DNA of 62,939 bases, filler included, from Folioceros fuciformis (taxonomy: Eukaryota): the NCBI GenBank assembly GCA_049999805.1. It is 15 parts of 15 records of this genome, joined end to end, with 100 filler letters (N's around TTAATTAATTAA, not from the genome) between each part and the next. Parts side by side here need not be neighbours in the genome. Positions count along the whole stretch, not along the records: positions 61,048 to 62,939 come from JBNGIO010000465.1; 14 more parts are not named here. The stretch is one strand, 5' to 3'. Shown here piece after piece: positions 61,330 to 62,939 of the stretch (positions within the stretch are counted from its first letter, which is position 1; each line of letters begins with the position of its first letter). The notes under the pieces were generated by a model, which saw nothing but the letters and a program-made list of their open reading frames with translations, searched no databases and was not told where the DNA came from. Position numbers and translations under genes: made by a program.

Positions 61330-62939
61330 CGGCAATCAGTGCCCGGGGTTTTGCCTCCACAAGGAACATCAGAGACGAAATCAAGTATATACAGGGCATA
61401 TAGAGGAGTGCATCTAGCAATGACATTTGTGGGTGCATTGACTCTTGATATAACACACTCTAGACCTTCAAACAGTATTTTGTACAGGCCTGTCTTTCCT
61501 AAAGCCATAGTGCTCACAAGATTCTTCTTCAGTGCTAGAACATGCAACACATTTTCTAACTCCCAAGTTTTGCCATTTTGCAGGGTAATGACAACAATTC
61601 CTATCCCGCTAATAGGAATATAGGAATTATCACCCAGAACAATAGCATGCTCACTGGGAGCCTCTCTATAGTTCAGAAAAGACTTCTTAGAAGAACACAT
61701 ATGGTTAGAAGCCCCACTATCTAAGAACCACTGATTTTTACTATTTGTGACAGAGGAGAGACAAGCCACAAGTAGACCAGGTGTGGTTGTCCTTGTCACA
61801 TTTGTAACATGTTATTTGCCTTTTCTAGCATGATCTCTTTGTTTGATTATGCAATCTCTTGCCCAGTGTCCTGGCTTGTGGCAATAGTTGCACACACCAT
61901 GCTTCTTCATGGGCTGCTGTGAACTGGGGTTAGGATCAGGCCTGGATGCTTGTCCTCTACCCGTACCAAAACCTCCACGTCCATGCCCTCTTCCTCTGCC
62001 ACGACCTCTACCGCAACTTGTCCATAAAGCAGTATCACTCTGCTTATGCGAAGAGCTTGAAGAACCCTTGTTGTTCATATATTTTCTGTTGGCTTCTACT
62101 TGCAGCAAGGCTCCAACTAACTTCTGAACAGTTAAGGATGTAGATGCTGGGGTAACAGTTGTTGTTGCATGTATACTTGAACTCCAAGTTTCATAGCTTG
62201 GAGGAAGAGCCAACAAAAAACTGAACGGCAGCTCTACTTTCGTCGATGATAATGCCACTTGCGGCAAGCCTAGCTGTTGCTGCCCTGAACTTGGCAACAA
62301 AACCCTCAACTAATTCATTTTCTTTCATGCGCAGATTTTGCCAGTGGACAGTGGTTGCTCCAACAGAAATCATATCCTTTACTTCATACATATCATTCAG
62401 CAAAGTCCAGACACCGTGTGCATGCTTGGCCAACTTTATGTGAGGAATCATCTCCCGTGACACAGATCCAACCAGTATGGTTTTTGCTTTTCTATTTTTA
62501 TGATTCCATTCCATTGCATCCTTTTGAGTCCAAGGCACGTAATTGACCCCACCCGGTGTCAATATGCCAGATGGCTGACCAGCCACCCTCTCACGATCAA
62601 AACCATCAGTGACATCCATCAGAATTTTTCCCTCAAGAATGCACCAAACTCTAAATGACCAAGCATCAAAATTATGAGAAGTAAGTCGATCCTTCTCTTG
62701 TAGGCGGTCAGAAGGCTGGTATGCCGCCATAATGTCTGTCTTGCTTTGCTAAGAAATAGAGGGCCTTAGATCAGCAAGTTGCTCCCTAAGGCTAACGTTT
62801 CTTAACTTCCAATTCCAAACCAACTGCTGAGTTTTGTTCTGACACTCGCTGTTTCTCCAGACGATCCAAGCGGGTGGTCAAGATATCTACACGTCTGGAG
62901 GTCTCCAGGACTGCAGACTTCACATTCAGCAAAGAATTG
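61330..62939 (-). mobile_element. Ty1/copia gag-protease with extra upstream ORF, decayed
   Basis: Gag ATG at 62730 (NFDAWSFRVWCIL), LALPPSYE, CNYCHKPGHWARDC and WFLDSGASNHMC. The upstream ORF stops at 62749-62751. Confidence 0.9.

Overview
Land-plant nuclear DNA, not a contiguous locus. It consists of 15 draft contigs joined by artificial 100-nt N44-TTAATTAATTAA-N44 spacers, so adjacency across spacers carries no meaning. Short (72-165 nt) introns, compact gene spacing, the EMS1 sequence style and the TE types suggest a non-seed plant such as a Selaginella-like lycophyte or a bryophyte (inference). Intact or edge-truncated host genes are coatomer epsilon, dihydrofolate synthetase, EMS1/EXS LRR-RLK, a CML21/22-like EF-hand protein, RTF1/VIP5, AATF/Bfr2, SFR2 and a SnRK1 gamma-like CBS protein. 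One contig carries three decayed gene copies (WAK-like kinase, CNX1, RPN3). The rest is TE debris. The most unusual signals are: (1) Ty1/copia elements with a coiled-coil ORF 5' of gag, conserved between two diverged copies, one with a half-tRNA-Ile-type PBS; (2) three fragments of CRE-like, restriction-endonuclease-type non-LTR retrotransposons; (3) a Ty3/gypsy integrase followed by a PHD finger; (4) a stop-free in-frame intron in the EMS1 island region; (5) an unidentified ~2.3 kb ORF family present in three contigs. All calls come from reading the sequence by eye, and no searches were run.
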